A DNA stretch of 64,000 bases from an uncultured Chloroflexia bacterium. Its GTDB lineage: Bacteria > Chloroflexota > Limnocylindria > Limnocylindrales > CSP1-4. Below, piece after piece: positions 20,313 through 31,073 of the stretch. The position numbers and the translations under genes are program-made. The notes beneath the pieces were generated by a model, which did no database searches, was not told where the DNA came from, and saw only the letters and a list, made by a program, of their open reading frames with translations. Where the stretch lies: NCBI GenBank assembly GCA_963833225.1, contig CAWHXD010000006.1, positions 288,001-352,000 of the forward strand. Reading direction: 5' to 3'. The first letter of the stretch is position 1. Each line of letters starts with the position of its first letter.

Positions 20313-22607
20313 GTGCGCAAGATCCTCGTCGCCCTCGCCGTCGCGCTCCTCGCGGGTCTGGGCGCCTTCGCACCCGCGGGGGTTCCGGTCGCCCATGCCG
20401 CATCGGGCGTCAAGGTGGCGATCATCGTGGGCGCCACCCACTCCACCACGCCGCGCTATCGCGATGATGCCAACGAGATCTACGCGGAAGCCATCAAGTA
20501 CACCGACAACGTGGTCAAGGTCTACAGCCCCAAGGCGACGGCCTCCAAGGTCAAGGCCGCCGTCAGCGGCGCGTCGATCGTCGTCTATCTCGGTCACGGC
20601 AACGGCTGGCCCAGCCCGTACACCTACGACCCGAAGTACACGACCAAGGATGGCTTCGGGCTCAACGCGGACCTCAACGGCGACGGCAAGACGACGGACT
20701 ACGAGAACAAGTACTACGGCGAGCCGTGGATCCGCGATCTCAACTTCGCCCCCAACGCCGTCGTCCTCCTGTTCCATCTCTGCTACGCGTCCGGCAACTC
20801 GGAACCCGACCGTGCCGACCCGTCCCTGTCCACGGCCAAGAAGCGGGTGGACAACTACGCGGCGGCCTTCCTCCAGGCGGGTGCCCGAGCCGTCATCGCC
20901 TCGGGTCACAGCCAGGACCCGTACTACATCCGGGGCCTGTTCACCACGCGCCAGACCATCGAGGAGTACTGGCGGGCCTCGCCCGACGCCAACGGCCACT
21001 TCGCCGAATACCCGTCTGAGCGCAACCCGGGCCTCACGTTCCAGATGGACCCCGATCGGCCCGGCAGCTACTACCGCTCGATCGCGGGGAAGATGTCGCT
21101 GCGCACGCAGGATGTGACCGGCGCCCCGTACGCCGACACCTCGCGTGACCCGGACACGATGGTCGTCCCCGGGAACGCCAACCCCGCGTTCGACGGAGCG
21201 CCGGTCTACGGATCGGTGGACGCGGCGGTCGCAGGCAGCGAGGCCGTGACCACCCTGGCGGTCGGTGCGCGGGTGCGTGTGGTGGCGCGTGAGTCGGCGA
21301 CCAGCGCCGCGGACGGATCCCCGATCTACCAGGTCACCGCCGGCCCGGCCGAGGGCTGGATGACCGGCTCCTCCCTGGTCCCGCGTGACAGTGCCGCGCC
21401 CCAGGTATGGGAGGTCGATGACGGCACGGGCGCGTTCTCGCCTGACGGCGACGGCTCCGGTGATTCCCTGCACCTGGCCATCCGCCTGTCGGAGACGGCC
21501 TCGTGGACGGTGCGGATCCTGGCCGATGGCGGTGCCGAGCTGCGCCGCGCCGACGGTCTCTCGGACGAGGCGGCCCTGACCTGGGCGCCGGCCCCGGGAA
21601 GCGTCGCCGAGGGCACCTACCGGTGGACCCTCGAGGCGACCGACGGCTGGGGCAACGGCCCGCTTCTCGACGAGGGAACCGTCACGGTTGACCTCACGAG
21701 CCCGGACGCGGTCGTGGCCGAGGCCGAGGACGTCGTCCCGGTGTTCTCGCCCAACGGCGACGGCACGGGTGACAGCGTCGGTTTCACCGTCGGCGCCAAC
21801 GAGCCCGGGACCGTTGTCGCGACCGTTCGCAACCAGGCGAACGAGATCGTGGATCGCCTGTCGGCGTCGCTCGGCTCCTCGGCGGCGGCGATCGCCTGGG
21901 ACGGCCGCGACGACCACGGCGCCTATGTGCCCGATGGCGAGTACCGGGTCGCGTTCGTTGCCATGGATCGGGCCGGCAACGAGAGCGCGGCGCAGGTCCG
22001 CACCGTGGCCGTCTATGCGGCGCTCGGCAACGTGGCCACCTCGAAGTCAGCCTTCTACCCGCAGGACGGCGATTCACTTGGGCGGAGGGTCAGCCTCTCC
22101 TTCCGCCTCCGAGATGCCGCGCTGGTCGGGTGGACGATCCAGGACGACGACGGTGCGGTCGTGCGCACGGTCAAGGCCGACGAAGCGCTCGACGCCGGGA
22201 CCTATGCCTTCACCTGGGACGGTCGGAACGACGAGGGCTCGTTCGTCCCGCGCGGCACCTACCGCAGCGTCGTTACGGCCACCGATGGCACGTACGGCTC
22301 CGTCCAGCACGCAACCGTCGTTGCCGACGCCTTCAAGATCGCGGTCAGCGATGCGACCCCGGCTCGCCGCCAGAAGCTGAAGGTGACGGTCACCAGCGCC
22401 GAGCCCCTCGGCCAGCTGCCGAGGCTGCGCATCTACCAGCCCGGTGTGAAGGCCTGGAACGTGACGATGAAGAAGGTCAGCGGCAAGGTGTACCGGGTCA
22501 CGGTCACGCTCAAGGGCGGCGACGCCGGAACGCTGCGCCTGCGCGTCACTGCCCGTGACAAGGACGGATCCAGGCAGCGGTCCAACCGCTACCTTCCGAT
22601 CCACTGA
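20313..22607 (+). CDS. Secreted multidomain protein: clan CD-like His/Cys domain, SH3-like domain, FlgD-Ig repeats
   Basis: GGAGG RBS, signal peptide ending AHA, VVYLGHG...LFHLCY, repeated FSP(D/N)GDG and WDGR. Confidence 0.8.
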   Translation: MRKILVALAVALLAGLGAFAPAGVPVAHAASGVKVAIIVGATHSTTPRYRDDANEIYAEAIKYTDNVVKVYSPKATASKVKAAVSGASIVVYLGHGNGWPSPYTYDPKYTTKDGFGLNADLNGDGKTTDYENKYYGEPWIRDLNFAPNAVVLLFHLCYASGNSEPDRADPSLSTAKKRVDNYAAAFLQAGARAVIASGHSQDPYYIRGLFTTRQTIEEYWRASPDANGHFAEYPSERNPGLTFQMDPDRPGSYYRSIAGKMSLRTQDVTGAPYADTSRDPDTMVVPGNANPAFDGAPVYGSVDAAVAGSEAVTTLAVGARVRVVARESATSAADGSPIYQVTAGPAEGWMTGSSLVPRDSAAPQVWEVDDGTGAFSPDGDGSGDSLHLAIRLSETASWTVRILADGGAELRRADGLSDEAALTWAPAPGSVAEGTYRWTLEATDGWGNGPLLDEGTVTVDLTSPDAVVAEAEDVVPVFSPNGDGTGDSVGFTVGANEPGTVVATVRNQANEIVDRLSASLGSSAAAIAWDGRDDHGAYVPDGEYRVAFVAMDRAGNESAAQVRTVAVYAALGNVATSKSAFYPQDGDSLGRRVSLSFRLRDAALVGWTIQDDDGAVVRTVKADEALDAGTYAFTWDGRNDEGSFVPRGTYRSVVTATDGTYGSVQHATVVADAFKIAVSDATPARRQKLKVTVTSAEPLGQLPRLRIYQPGVKAWNVTMKKVSGKVYRVTVTLKGGDAGTLRLRVTARDKDGSRQRSNRYLPIH

Positions 22608-22687
22608 CGCACCCGGACCGGACGCGCCGACCCGGCGCGCTCGACCGCCCGACGACCGCACCAGAGCCCTCTCAACTCCACCGTACT

Positions 22688-22718
22688 GGGCCGTGCCCGG
22701 ACCTTCGGGCACTGGCCC
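22688..22718 (+). terminator. GC-rich hairpin after the 22607 stop
   Basis: GGGCC-GTGCCCG / CGGGCAC-T-GGCCC; no U-tract. Confidence 0.35.
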
Positions 22719-22844
22719 GCTCGCGCACAAGCGCCTAGGATGACGCTCCTGCTGCCGCCGGTTCGCTCCGCTGATCGAAGCCCGGTGGCATGCCTCGTGA
22801 CCAGCGCCCAGGCGACGGCTCGAGGTGGCATACGAGGAGCACCG

Positions 22845-25800
22845 TTGCCCGGATCGCCCATCGCGCACCGCCGCGCCGCCCCGCTTGCCGTCGCGGCGCT
22901 CGCCGCCTCGTTGCTGGCCGGTCTGCTGCCGCTCACGGCGGCCGCCTCTGGACCTGACCCGGAGGCCGGCCCGGTTGCGCAGCCGTCGATCGCCTACCTC
23001 GAGGCCATGGCCCACGAGCAGGACCAGATCGAGTTCGATCCGGGCAGCCTCGTCACCGTCCCGTTCACGCCCCGCGTCGACGACCGCTGGCCAGTCGACG
23101 GCCGTCGCCCGGTCGCCCTGCCCGCGGGCCGGATGACCGGTCGCGAGATGGTGTCCGCCCCCAATCCGGTGCCCTGGGCGGCGATTGGCCCGCGCGGCCG
23201 GGCGGGGGATCCCGTTCCACAGCCCGGGGCCGCGGCCCACGACGCTCCCGTTGATCGTGCCGCGGGTGACCCGGCGGTCGCGGCGCAGGGTGCCGTGTTC
23301 GTCAACCCTGCCGAAGCCCCGCTCGGATCTCGCGGCCGCGTCCGGGCTGCGCCGCCAGGTGTTCGGGTTCCTGCCGTACTGGGAGCTCTCCGGGGCACAG
23401 TCGAGCCTGAACTACGACGTGCTCTCGACCATCGCGTACTTCTCCGTGGGTGCCAACGCCCGGGGTGACCTCCGCAAGCGGAGCAACGACGGCTCGACCA
23501 CCACCGGGCTGGGGCGGCTGGACGAGCTCGTCCATGACCCGCGTGATTGACGAGGCGCACCGGCACGGGACGCGGGTCGTGCTCACGATCTCCGTGTTCG
23601 CCTGGACCTCCAGCCAGGCCGACGTCCAGCGCTCGATCCTGGGCAGCGCGACGGCCCGCCGGAACCTCGCCCGCCAGGCCGCCGCCGCCGTCCGGGACCG
23701 CGGCGCCGACGGCATCAACCTCGACTTCGAGCCGCTCGCCTCAGGCTACGCCGACGAGTTCGTGGCCTTCCTCCGGACCCTGCGCGCCGAGCTCAACAAG
23801 GTCCGCAAGGGGTATCAGCTCACGTACGACACGACCGGCTTCATCGGCAACTACCCGCTGGAGGACTCCGTCGGATCGGGCGCCGCCGACGCCATCTTCG
23901 TGATGGGCTATGACTACCGGACGGCCGGCTCGTCGAGCGCGGGCTCCATCGACCCGCTCAGCGGGCCGCGGTACGACCTTACCGACACCGTCCGTGCCTA
24001 CACCGCCCGGGTCCCGTCGTCGCGGCTGATCCTCGGTCTCCCCTGGTACGGGCGAGCCTGGTCCACCACCACCGAGTGACGTCCGCTCGAAGACCCGGAC
24101 GGGGGCCAAGTACGGCTACAGCACGGCCGTCACCTACGAGAACCTGCCGGGCCTGATCGCCGACTACGGTCGTCGATGGGATCCGGTCGAGCAGAGCCCG
24201 TACGTCGCGTACCGCCGGGAGAACTGCACCAGCACCAACGGCTGCGTGACCAGCTGGCGCCAGGTCTACTACGACGACAAGGCCTCGCTCAAGGCGCGCC
24301 TCTCGATGGTCAACGACTACGGGCTGCGGGGTGCCGGCATGTGGGCGCTCGGGTACGACGGCGGGCACAGCGAGCTCTACCGGGCGTTTGCCGAGTCCTT
24401 CCTCGTCGACAAGTCCGCGCCGCAGGCGGGGATCCGGATCCTTGCCAGGACGCAGCGTGACGAGGGGTTCGTGGTCAGCTGGGCCGCGACCGACACCAGC
24501 CGCATCGTCTCCTACGACGTGCAGGTGTCGAGAAACGGCGGGGGATGGGTGAGCTGGCTGACGGGCACCAGGGCGACCTCCGATGTCTGGCTGGGCGCGT
24601 CCGGCGACGGCTATGCGTTCCGGGTTCGTGCCCGCGACAGCAAGGGCAACACGGGCAGCTGGAACGTGTCCTCCACCTGGGACGGCGCGCCGGCCCTGGC
24701 TAGGGGTGGGTTTGGGCGCGTCACGCTCGACGGCCTCTCGTACCGGACCGGCCCGGACACCTCGGCTGGACGGCTGGGCAGGCTCGACGCCGGCACGATC
24801 GTCGCCATCACCCGCGGTCCCGTGACCTCCGATGGGTACACCTGGTACGAGGTCACCACCCCGATCCGGGAGTGGAGCCCCGTCACCTTCGTCGAGCGCG
24901 GCGTGTGGATCGCCGTGGCCTCTTCCAGGGACACGTTCGTCGCCCCCTACCGCGCCCCCAACAGCACCACCGTGGACGCGGGCCTCGCCGGCCTCGACTT
25001 CGGGACCGGGCCAACGGCCCTGGGCACCGCGCCCGACGCTCTCGCACGACGCGTCTTCTCCCCGAATGGCGATGGCTCGGGAGACACGATCCGGCTGCGC
25101 TGGACGAGCTCGACCGCGATGGATGCCCTGGTCGTGAACGTGATGCGGCCCGGTGGGAAGCAGGTCGGATCGGTCAAGGTGCCGGTCACCGGCGCCGGCG
25201 CGCGCGCCTGGGAATGGGACGGCCGCGTGGGCGGCTCGCGCGTGGCAGATGGCCGCTACGTCCTCCAACTGGCCGGGCGGGTGGGTAGCCGGACGTACAC
25301 CGCCCCGTCAATCCGCCCGACCACCGCCGTCCAGGTCGTGCGCTACGCGGTGACGGTGGACACGGTTGCGCCCGTCCTGACCTCGAAGTCCGTGTCGACC
25401 AGGCTCATCTCGCCCAACGGCGACGGGACGCTCGATTCGACGAAGCTGACCCTGGCGGCGACCGGCGCCACGCGCTGGACCGCGCGCGTCACCGACGCGG
25501 CCGGCAGGACAGTCCGGTCGAGATCCGGCGCGGGCGGCAGCGCGCGGCTGACCTGGAAGGGCACCGACAACGCTGGCGCGCTGCTCCCCGACGGGCGCTA
25601 CACCGCGACCCTGGCCGCGTGGGACGATGCCGGCAATGCCGCGACGAGGTCCTGGACCATCACCCTGGACACGACGGGGCCCCGGATCAGCGCCGGTCGT
25701 CTCCCTGCCGGTCTTCTCGCCCAACGGCGACGGCGTGTCGGACCGCTCGCTCCTCGGCTGGACGGCCGACGAGCCCGGCAGCGGCACGGTCCGGCTGAAG

Positions 25801-26571
25801 AAGGGCTCCACGGTGGTCCGCACCTGGCACGTGTCGGCGGCGACGTCGTGGTCGGTCGCCTGGGATGGCCGCCGCGCCGACGGCTCCCGCGTTCCCGATG
25901 GGCGATATACCGTCCGCGTGCGGCTGCTGGACGCGGCCGGCAACAAGCGCACGGCCAAGACGACCGTGATCGTCGATCGAACCGCCTCGTCGCTGCGCTG
26001 GTCGTCGGACTTCTACCCGCAGGACGGCGATGCGTTGCGCCCGACGGCGAAGCTTGGCTGGCGCCTGACCCGCGACGCGACCATGACCCTGCGCCTGTAC
26101 GACGAGCGGGGTGCGCTCGTCCGGACCGTGTGGACCGATCGAGCGAAGAAGGCCGGGACGCGCGGCTGGACGTGGAACGGGCGTTTGGCGGATGGGACCT
26201 TCGTCCCGCAGGGCCGCTACACGGCACGGCTCACCGTGACCTCGTCGCTCGCGACGCAGGACCTGACCCAGACCGTCCTCGTCGCTGGGTTCCTGGTCGC
26301 GCCCTCGGCCTCGAAGGTCTACCCGGGCCAGACGCTCACCATTCGCGCAGCGTCCGTTGAACCGCTCGACGGCCGGCCCGTGGTCACCTTCAAGCAGCCC
26401 GGGCTGGCAGCGGTCCGGGTCACCGCCACCCGGCTCGCCAACGGCACCTATCGCGCCGTGTTCACCGTCAGGTCGGGCTCGACCGGGGACGCGAAGGTGA
26501 AGGTGAGCGCGACGGACAGTGGCAGTGGGTACAACACGACGCTGATCACGGTGCGAGTCGGCGCGCGCTGA
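22845..26571 (+). CDS. Secreted GH18 glycoside hydrolase with FN3/SH3-like domains and FlgD-Ig repeats; frameshifted at about 23310, 23507, 24075 and 25690
   Basis: VFGFLPYW, GADGINLDFEP, VMGYDY, LILGLPWYGR, GAGMWALGYD; three SPNGDG repeats; pieces lie in ORFs 22740, 23185, 23450, 24246 and 25627. Confidence 0.82.
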
Positions 26572-26629
26572 CCGCCGTACGCCGATCACGCCCGACGGCA
26601 CTCCACCGTCCTCGTACACTGGTCCCGAG

Positions 26630-27456
26630 ATGCGCGAGCCCGTCGATCCCCAGGACGCCCGGGACCCGGCCGCCGCCGCGACCGCGGCCGCACGGTCGTC
26701 GGCCGGCGTGCCCCCCTGGGTGCCGGCGCCTGGGTCATCCTGCCGACGTACGACGAGCGCGAGAACCTTGAGGGGATCTCGGCCGCCATCCTCGAAGCGC
26801 TTCCGGGAGCCACCCTGCTGGTCGTCGACGACGCGTCGCCCGACGGCACCGGCGAGATCGCCGAAGCGCTCGCGGCCGCCGACCCGCGGGTCATGGTCCA
26901 TCACCGGCCCGGCAAGCAGGGCCTGGGCCGGGCGTACCTCGACGGCTTCGGCGTCGCGCTTGGCGCCGGCGCGGCCGCCGTGATCCAGATGGATGCCGAC
27001 TGGTCGCACGACCCGGCGGCCCTGCCCGCACTCCTTGAGCCCGTCACGGCGGGCCGTGCGGATCTCGTCATCGGCTCTCGCTACGTTGCCGGCGGTGGGG
27101 TCGAGGACTGGGGCATCATGCGCCGGTTCATCTCACGCGGCGGCTCGACGTTCGCCCGGATCGTGCTCGGGCTCGGCCCGCGCGACCTGACCGGCGGGTT
27201 CAAGGCCTGGCGGGCGGCGACGCTGGCCACGGTCCCGTTCGACGGAGTGCGGGCGGGCGGGTACGTGTTCCAGATCGAGATGACCTACCGGGCGTCGCGT
27301 CTGGGGGCGCGTGTGGCGGAGGTGCCGATCACGTTCCGGGATCGCCGGCTCGGCCAGTCCAAGATGAGCCGGCGGATCATTGTCGAGGCGCTGTTCGTGG
27401 TGCTCCGCCTGCGCCTGGACGAGCTGCGCGGCCGCGGACCCGCCCGGCCGGCATGA
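26630..27456 (+). CDS. Polyprenol monophosphomannose synthase-like GT2 (indel near the 5' end)
   Basis: WVILPTYDERENL, VVDDASPDGTG, GLGRAY, QMDADWSH, VIGSRY, DLTGGF. Confidence 0.9.
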
Positions 27457-28778
27457 CGGCGGATCGCGCGGTGGCCGGTGATGCCGGGCAGGGCGCGATG
27501 GCCCGTGATGCCAGTCCCGCCGTCTGGAGGCCGGGGGCCGCCGCCGATCAGCGAGAGGCGGCACGCGGAGTGCGCATCGTCCTCGACGCCCGGCCGCTGC
27601 AGGATCCCGAGCGCGCCCCGCTGACCGCGATCTACCTGGGCGAGCTGCTGACCGCGCTGGACGCCGATCCGGTCCCCGGTGAGTCCTACGCGTTCCTGAT
27701 CTCCGTGGACCGTGATGACCCCACCGAGCGCCTCGCGAATCTCGAGGTCATCGGCCGCCGCCTCCTGCCACCCACGCGTCTGCTCCGGTCCGGGTCGTTG
27801 ACCGTGGACCCGCTGCTCCTGCGGGGTGCATCGGCGGGTGCCGGCTGGCGGGCGGAGCGTGGGGGCGCCGCCGGGAGCGTCTACCACGCCGCCGCGGGGG
27901 GCCTGCCGATCGCGTCCCGGATCCCGGTGGTCGCGGCATTGCTGGACCTGGCGCCGTGGGCCATGCCAGATGCCTTCCAGCGCGGCGCGGCGGCCCGGTT
28001 CGGCCAACGGCTCCGCGCCCGGATCCTCAAGGATGCGGCGGCCGTGCTGGTCCCGGGCGCCGCCGCGGCCACGGACGCCCGCAGGCTGCTCCACCTCCGC
28101 CGCAGCCGGCTGCGCGTGGTGCCGCTTGCCCCGCGATCGGCGTTCCGGCCCCAGGCCCGAGCCGACTCGCTCGGCGAGCGCACGCGGCTGGGTCTCGGGG
28201 CCCGCTACGCCGTCTACACGGGCCGGTACGACGCCCGCCAGGACCTGCCAACGCTCCTCGACGCTCTCGCCCGGCTCGCTGCTGCCCCCGCCCCCGACGG
28301 CGTCCCCGCGGGCGCCTGGCCGCCGAGGGTGTGCCTCGTCGGTGCTTCACCCGACGACCGGGCCGCGCTGTCGCGAGCTGCCGGGCGGGCCGGCGCGGCC
28401 GAGCTCATCGTCTACGCCCCCGCGCTCCCCGATGAACGGCTGGCCGCGTTGGTCGCCGGAGCCCGCGTCGCGCTGCTCCCCGTCCACTCCGATTCGGCCG
28501 GCCTGGCGGCCCTCGAGGCGCTCGCCGTCGGGGTGCCCGTCATCGCGAGCGCGGTCGGGACGTTGCCCGAGATCGTCGGCTCGGCCGGCATCCTCGTCGA
28601 ACCCGGCGACCCGGGGCGCCTGGCGACCGCGATCGCAGCTGCGTGGGGGGAGGCGGATCCGTATCCGGGTCTCGTGATCGCCGCCGGCGAAGGCGCCGGC
28701 GGCCGCACTTGGGCGAACGTGGCGCGCGAGACCCGCGCCGTGTGGGCGGAGGTGGCCCGGACGGCCCCGCTCCTGTAG
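27453..28778 (+). CDS. GT4 family glycosyltransferase
   Basis: IVLDARPL, YTGRYDARQDL, GLAALEALAVGVPVIAS, LPEIVG. Confidence 0.85.
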   Translation: MTADRAVAGDAGQGAMARDASPAVWRPGAAADQREAARGVRIVLDARPLQDPERAPLTAIYLGELLTALDADPVPGESYAFLISVDRDDPTERLANLEVIGRRLLPPTRLLRSGSLTVDPLLLRGASAGAGWRAERGGAAGSVYHAAAGGLPIASRIPVVAALLDLAPWAMPDAFQRGAAARFGQRLRARILKDAAAVLVPGAAAATDARRLLHLRRSRLRVVPLAPRSAFRPQARADSLGERTRLGLGARYAVYTGRYDARQDLPTLLDALARLAAAPAPDGVPAGAWPPRVCLVGASPDDRAALSRAAGRAGAAELIVYAPALPDERLAALVAGARVALLPVHSDSAGLAALEALAVGVPVIASAVGTLPEIVGSAGILVEPGDPGRLATAIAAAWGEADPYPGLVIAAGEGAGGRTWANVARETRAVWAEVARTAPLL

Positions 28779-28802
28779 CGGGCAACCACTCCTGTAGCGG
28801 GC
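28770..28802. repeat. 14-bp direct repeat CTCCTGTAGCGGGC x2 (19-bp period) spanning the GT4 stop
   Basis: Copies at 28770-28783 and 28789-28802; the second is flanked by GGCAACC/GGTTGCC. Confidence 0.7.
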
Positions 28803-28886
28803 GGTTGCCGCTGGCGGGCGGTCTGCCCGTCCGGCAAGGATCTGGGCGCCCGACGACCCCCCCGCCGCCCGGCAACCCGGGAGCGA

Positions 28887-31004
28887 CTACCGCGGCTCGT
28901 CCCCGATCGGCAGGGCCGGACCGAGCCAGCCGGCGAGCGCGGAGGCGAACGGGCCCGCCATGTGGTGGTAGTCGCGGAACACCAGGAACTTGCCGATCAC
29001 CGCGGGACACGGACTCGAGGGACAGACCCAGGAGGTCGGGTCCACGAAATCGGCCTGGCCCAGCTCGGCCACCTCGCGCTCAAGCTCGGTCCACCCTGCG
29101 TCGACTGCCCTGTCGAACGGCGTCGCGCACTCGAGCACGTCGTCCTCGTGCGCCGACACGCAGCTCGGCAGGTCGAACGCCGATTGAGGCGTGTCGCCGA
29201 GGACGACGACGTGGTCCGCGATGGGCGCGAGGCGAGCGAGCGTCCGGGCCATGCCGGCGCGCCAGCGATCGATCCGGTCGGTTCCGGTCGCCGGTGCCGA
29301 CCCGTCGGCGTTTGCCGCCTTGAACCCCCGGTAGCCCGCCACGATCACCATGGCCGGTCGCTCCTGTGCGATCCGCTGGAACGCGGCTTCCCGCCACGAG
29401 GCACATTCGACGTACTCGCGGTTGAGGGCCTTGTCCCACATGGCCATGTCGGCCGGCTGGCAGCCGACCTTCCCCAGCATCACGAGCTTCCACGAATGGT
29501 CCGTTGCCAGGCGCTCGACGGCAGGGAACCATGCCAGCCCGTGGCTGTCCCCCAGCAGGACGACGGTCGTTGGTGACTGCTCGTCGCCGTAGACGCAGGG
29601 GGCCACCACGGTCTCGGCGCGATCAGCCTCACATCCATCCGTGTAGGGCCGCGGCACGCTCCTCCGGGCGACATCGAGGGCGGGTCGCAGCCCGGGCGGC
29701 AGCGGACCTGCCTGCGTGGCCGGCCGTCCCGGCGCCGCGGCGAGGATCTGGTTGAGCTCCGCCTCATCGTCCGCAAGCGAGGTGATCGCGCCGCTTCCGT
29801 GGAGCGCGATCGTCGTCTGGGCACCCACGCCCAGCGACACCGTCGCCACGACGAGCGACAACGCCCCCGCCATCGCGAGGTTTCGCCGCGGCACCGTGCC
29901 GATCCCGCGTCCGTGGCGGATGGGATCCTCGACCCAGCGCTGGGTGACGGCCGCGAGGCCGATCGCGACCAGGACGAGGGCCCCTCGGGCCCACCAGGGA
30001 AGCCGCGTGTCGAGGGCGAACGCGGGCAGGATCAGCAGTGGCCAGTGCCAGAGATACAGCGAGTACGAGATCCGACCGAGGAAGCGCGGGATCGCCATCG
30101 AGAGCCAGCGTCCGGGAGCCAGGGCGGTCTGCCTGAAGCCGCCCGCGATCACCAGGGCGCTCCCGATGGTCGGCAGGAGAGCGGCGACGCCCGGGAATGG
30201 CGTCTCGGTGCCCAGGATGACGCCCGAGATGGCAACCATGGCGAGGCCAGCCCACGCGGCGATCGCGGCGGGTAGCTCGGGGATCCGGCGGAGCCGCGCC
30301 GCGCTGATCGCGAGACAGGCGCCCAGCCCAAGCTCCCAGGCCCGGGTGGGCAGGGAGAAGAATGCCCACGGCTCGTTGGCATGGGTGAGCCAGATCGAGA
30401 GCGCGAGCGAGACCACGGTGATGCCCACCGCGACGATCCCGATGCGCCGGTCGAAGTTGCCTCGAACCCTCGCGACCAGGAGGACGATCGCGGGCCAGAA
30501 CACATAGAACTGCTCTTCGACGCTCAGCGACCAGAAGTGGAGGATCGGCGACGGAGCCAGGTCCGACTGGAGATAGTCCGTCGCCTGGAAGGCGAAGCGC
30601 AGGTTGGACACGTAGAGCGCGGCGGACGCGGCATCCCCTGCCACATCCGGCACGCTCAGCGCCGGCATCACGAGCACCGCGGCAATGAGCGTGGCCAGGA
30701 GCACGAGGGCCGCCGCGGGCAGCAGACGCCGCGCGCGCCGCGCATAGAAGGCCGGCAACGAGATGCGACCGGTGCGCCGGACCTCGCGCAACAGGAGCCC
30801 GGTGATCAGGAACCCAGACAGGACGAAGAACACGTCCACGCCGACGTAGCCGCCAGCAAACCCGGGAACGGACGCGTGGTAGAGAAGGACGAGGACGACC
30901 GCGACAGCGCGAAGGCCCTCAAGATCCGGGCGGAAGCCTTCGGTCGGATCTCCGGGGCGAGGGCTCGTTTCGGTCAAGAAGGCGCTGGCCTCCAGCTTCG
31001 ACAT
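28887..31004 (-). CDS. Acyltransferase-3 plus SGNH domain (OafA/OatA-like O-acyltransferase)
   Basis: FRPDLEGLRAVAV, GVDVFFVLSGFLIT, HFWSLSVEEQFY, SYSLYLWHWP, LGDSH, DYHH. Confidence 0.93.
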   Translation of the reverse strand: MSKLEASAFLTETSPRPGDPTEGFRPDLEGLRAVAVVLVLLYHASVPGFAGGYVGVDVFFVLSGFLITGLLLREVRRTGRISLPAFYARRARRLLPAAALVLLATLIAAVLVMPALSVPDVAGDAASAALYVSNLRFAFQATDYLQSDLAPSPILHFWSLSVEEQFYVFWPAIVLLVARVRGNFDRRIGIVAVGITVVSLALSIWLTHANEPWAFFSLPTRAWELGLGACLAISAARLRRIPELPAAIAAWAGLAMVAISGVILGTETPFPGVAALLPTIGSALVIAGGFRQTALAPGRWLSMAIPRFLGRISYSLYLWHWPLLILPAFALDTRLPWWARGALVLVAIGLAAVTQRWVEDPIRHGRGIGTVPRRNLAMAGALSLVVATVSLGVGAQTTIALHGSGAITSLADDEAELNQILAAAPGRPATQAGPLPPGLRPALDVARRSVPRPYTDGCEADRAETVVAPCVYGDEQSPTTVVLLGDSHGLAWFPAVERLATDHSWKLVMLGKVGCQPADMAMWDKALNREYVECASWREAAFQRIAQERPAMVIVAGYRGFKAANADGSAPATGTDRIDRWRAGMARTLARLAPIADHVVVLGDTPQSAFDLPSCVSAHEDDVLECATPFDRAVDAGWTELEREVAELGQADFVDPTSWVCPSSPCPAVIGKFLVFRDYHHMAGPFASALAGWLGPALPIGDEPR

Positions 31005-31073
31005 CCGGCCTCGCGCCGGAGGGCACCCCGGCCTCGAGTATATGTCGGCTCCGGATCTGGCCCCCCCAGCCCC

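Noticed and set aside
24071-24082. TGA inside the GH18 gene as selenocysteine or readthrough
   Set aside because: The protein continues in a different frame, so an indel explains it
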